From Callorhinchus milii (lineage: Eukaryota): a stretch of DNA of 64,000 nt. The notes below the pieces were generated by a model that saw only the letters and a list, made by a program, of their open reading frames with translations, had not been told where the DNA came from and did no database searches. Shown piece by piece: positions 62,992 through 64,000 of the stretch (positions are counted from its first letter, which is position 1; the number at the start of each line of letters is the position of its first letter). The stretch is from assembly GCF_018977255.1 (NCBI RefSeq), contig NW_024704742.1:72852001-72916000 (forward strand). The letters run 5' to 3'. A program made the translations under genes and the position numbers.

Positions 62992-63419
62992 GTAAGCATG
63001 CTCTGAGTCTTCAATTTCCTTAAATGAGCTGTATAACCTAACTTCTTTTCTTTTTCTGTTCCCTTTCTTTAAATCTCTTAAGGCCTCTCCTTATAACCCA
63101 GGCAAGTAGCTGACCATTTTCTGCTGTGTAACTGTTGCAAATGGAATAGTGACCTGGAACTGAGGGTGGGGTGTCCATCTTGCTAAAGACAATGTGCACA
63201 ATGCATAGGGGTCAGGGGTGGGTGGGAGGGATGCGCATACTGTATGATCACTGTAAAAAAAAAAGGCACATTAAATCTTTTCACCAGTAAGGCAGTTCAA
63301 AAAATGTCCAGGCTGGTTAAAAATTAACCAGATTACATCTATTATGATGTGGAAGGAGAATCTGTTATGATGTGGAGAAAGGTCAAGCTTCTGCCTGCAC
63401 CTTCCCCAGCACTAGGATT

Positions 63420-63740
63420 AGGAACTCAATGTGTCAGGAGTAGAGCACAAACCCACATTTTCCCTGTTTGTCAATACTGCATTGAACATGGATGAGACGT
63501 TCAACCCAGATCTGCTTGCCTGTTTTTAGGTGGACTTTCAAGATCCAATAGAGAGGGAAGTTTCTCCCAGTGCCCGTATCAATGTCCTCCTGATAAATTT
63601 GTTCCTTACCTTCTTGCTGCTTGTGAGATCTTGCTGGTACAAAGAGCTTATAAATTTAGTCACTACATCTGACAGTAGTTACCTGTAAAGTGCTTTGAGA
63701 TCTTTCAATGTGATAAAGCTCCATAATGAATCAAGTCTTC
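63420..63740 (+). mobile_element. Highly diverged SacSINE1-like SINE
   Basis: gatgagacgttcaaccc..aggtggactttcaagatcc, Deu-like gcttgtgagatcttgctg and tail. Confidence 0.6.
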
Positions 63741-64000
63741 ACCCACACACCATCATTAAGTTCTAACACAGGAAATAATGTCAGAAGGGTAAAAGAAGTG
63801 AGAGCCGGCAATGTGCCATAGAACTTGAACAAAAAGCACATTTATTTTTTTAAATCTTGAAGCCAATTCTAACTTGCGTCAATGTAACCAATGATTAATG
63901 TCAGGGCAGGCTATAAAGTTCTACAGTCGGCTGTTTCCAGCAGAAGCTTTAAGATTTGAAATATAAAAGTCTTTCTGTACTAAAATGGTTAAAAATGTAA

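Noticed and set aside
1..64000. CRISPR arrays, prokaryotic operons or defence systems, rRNA, endogenous viral genes
   Set aside because: The repeats are dispersed vertebrate retroposons, not regularly spaced arrays; no long intact ORFs or viral motifs were seen.

Overview
Repeat-rich vertebrate genomic DNA, mostly intronic or intergenic. The repeat families point to a cartilaginous fish, possibly a holocephalan such as the elephant shark; this is inferred from recalled repeat consensus sequences, not from a database search. No complete protein-coding gene is visible, and nearly all ORFs in the supplied track are decayed retroelement fragments or their antisense shadows. The window holds many 5'-truncated L2 LINE copies (RT motifs GVPQGS-LGP and YADD, (GTT)n tails), older CR1 fragments and one RT fragment from a third LINE clade. 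It also holds two tRNA-derived SINE families that carry a Deu-like domain and L2-type tails. Most notable: (1) a ~560-580 nt A-tailed, non-tRNA, hairpin-rich retroposon ('element X', my label) with about 9 copies, a fixed 5' end and target-site duplications (TSDs); (2) a Penelope-type minimal hammerhead ribozyme motif at 57321-57358 (-) and a related fold-back mini-element; (3) two young L2 copies sharing the same ORF2 frameshift; (4) a three-level nested insertion with TSDs; (5) a plausible + strand coding exon at 62871-62991, weaker exon candidates, and repeat-free islands with RFX/Sox/POU motifs. Repeat boundaries were read by eye and are approximate unless a TSD is quoted.
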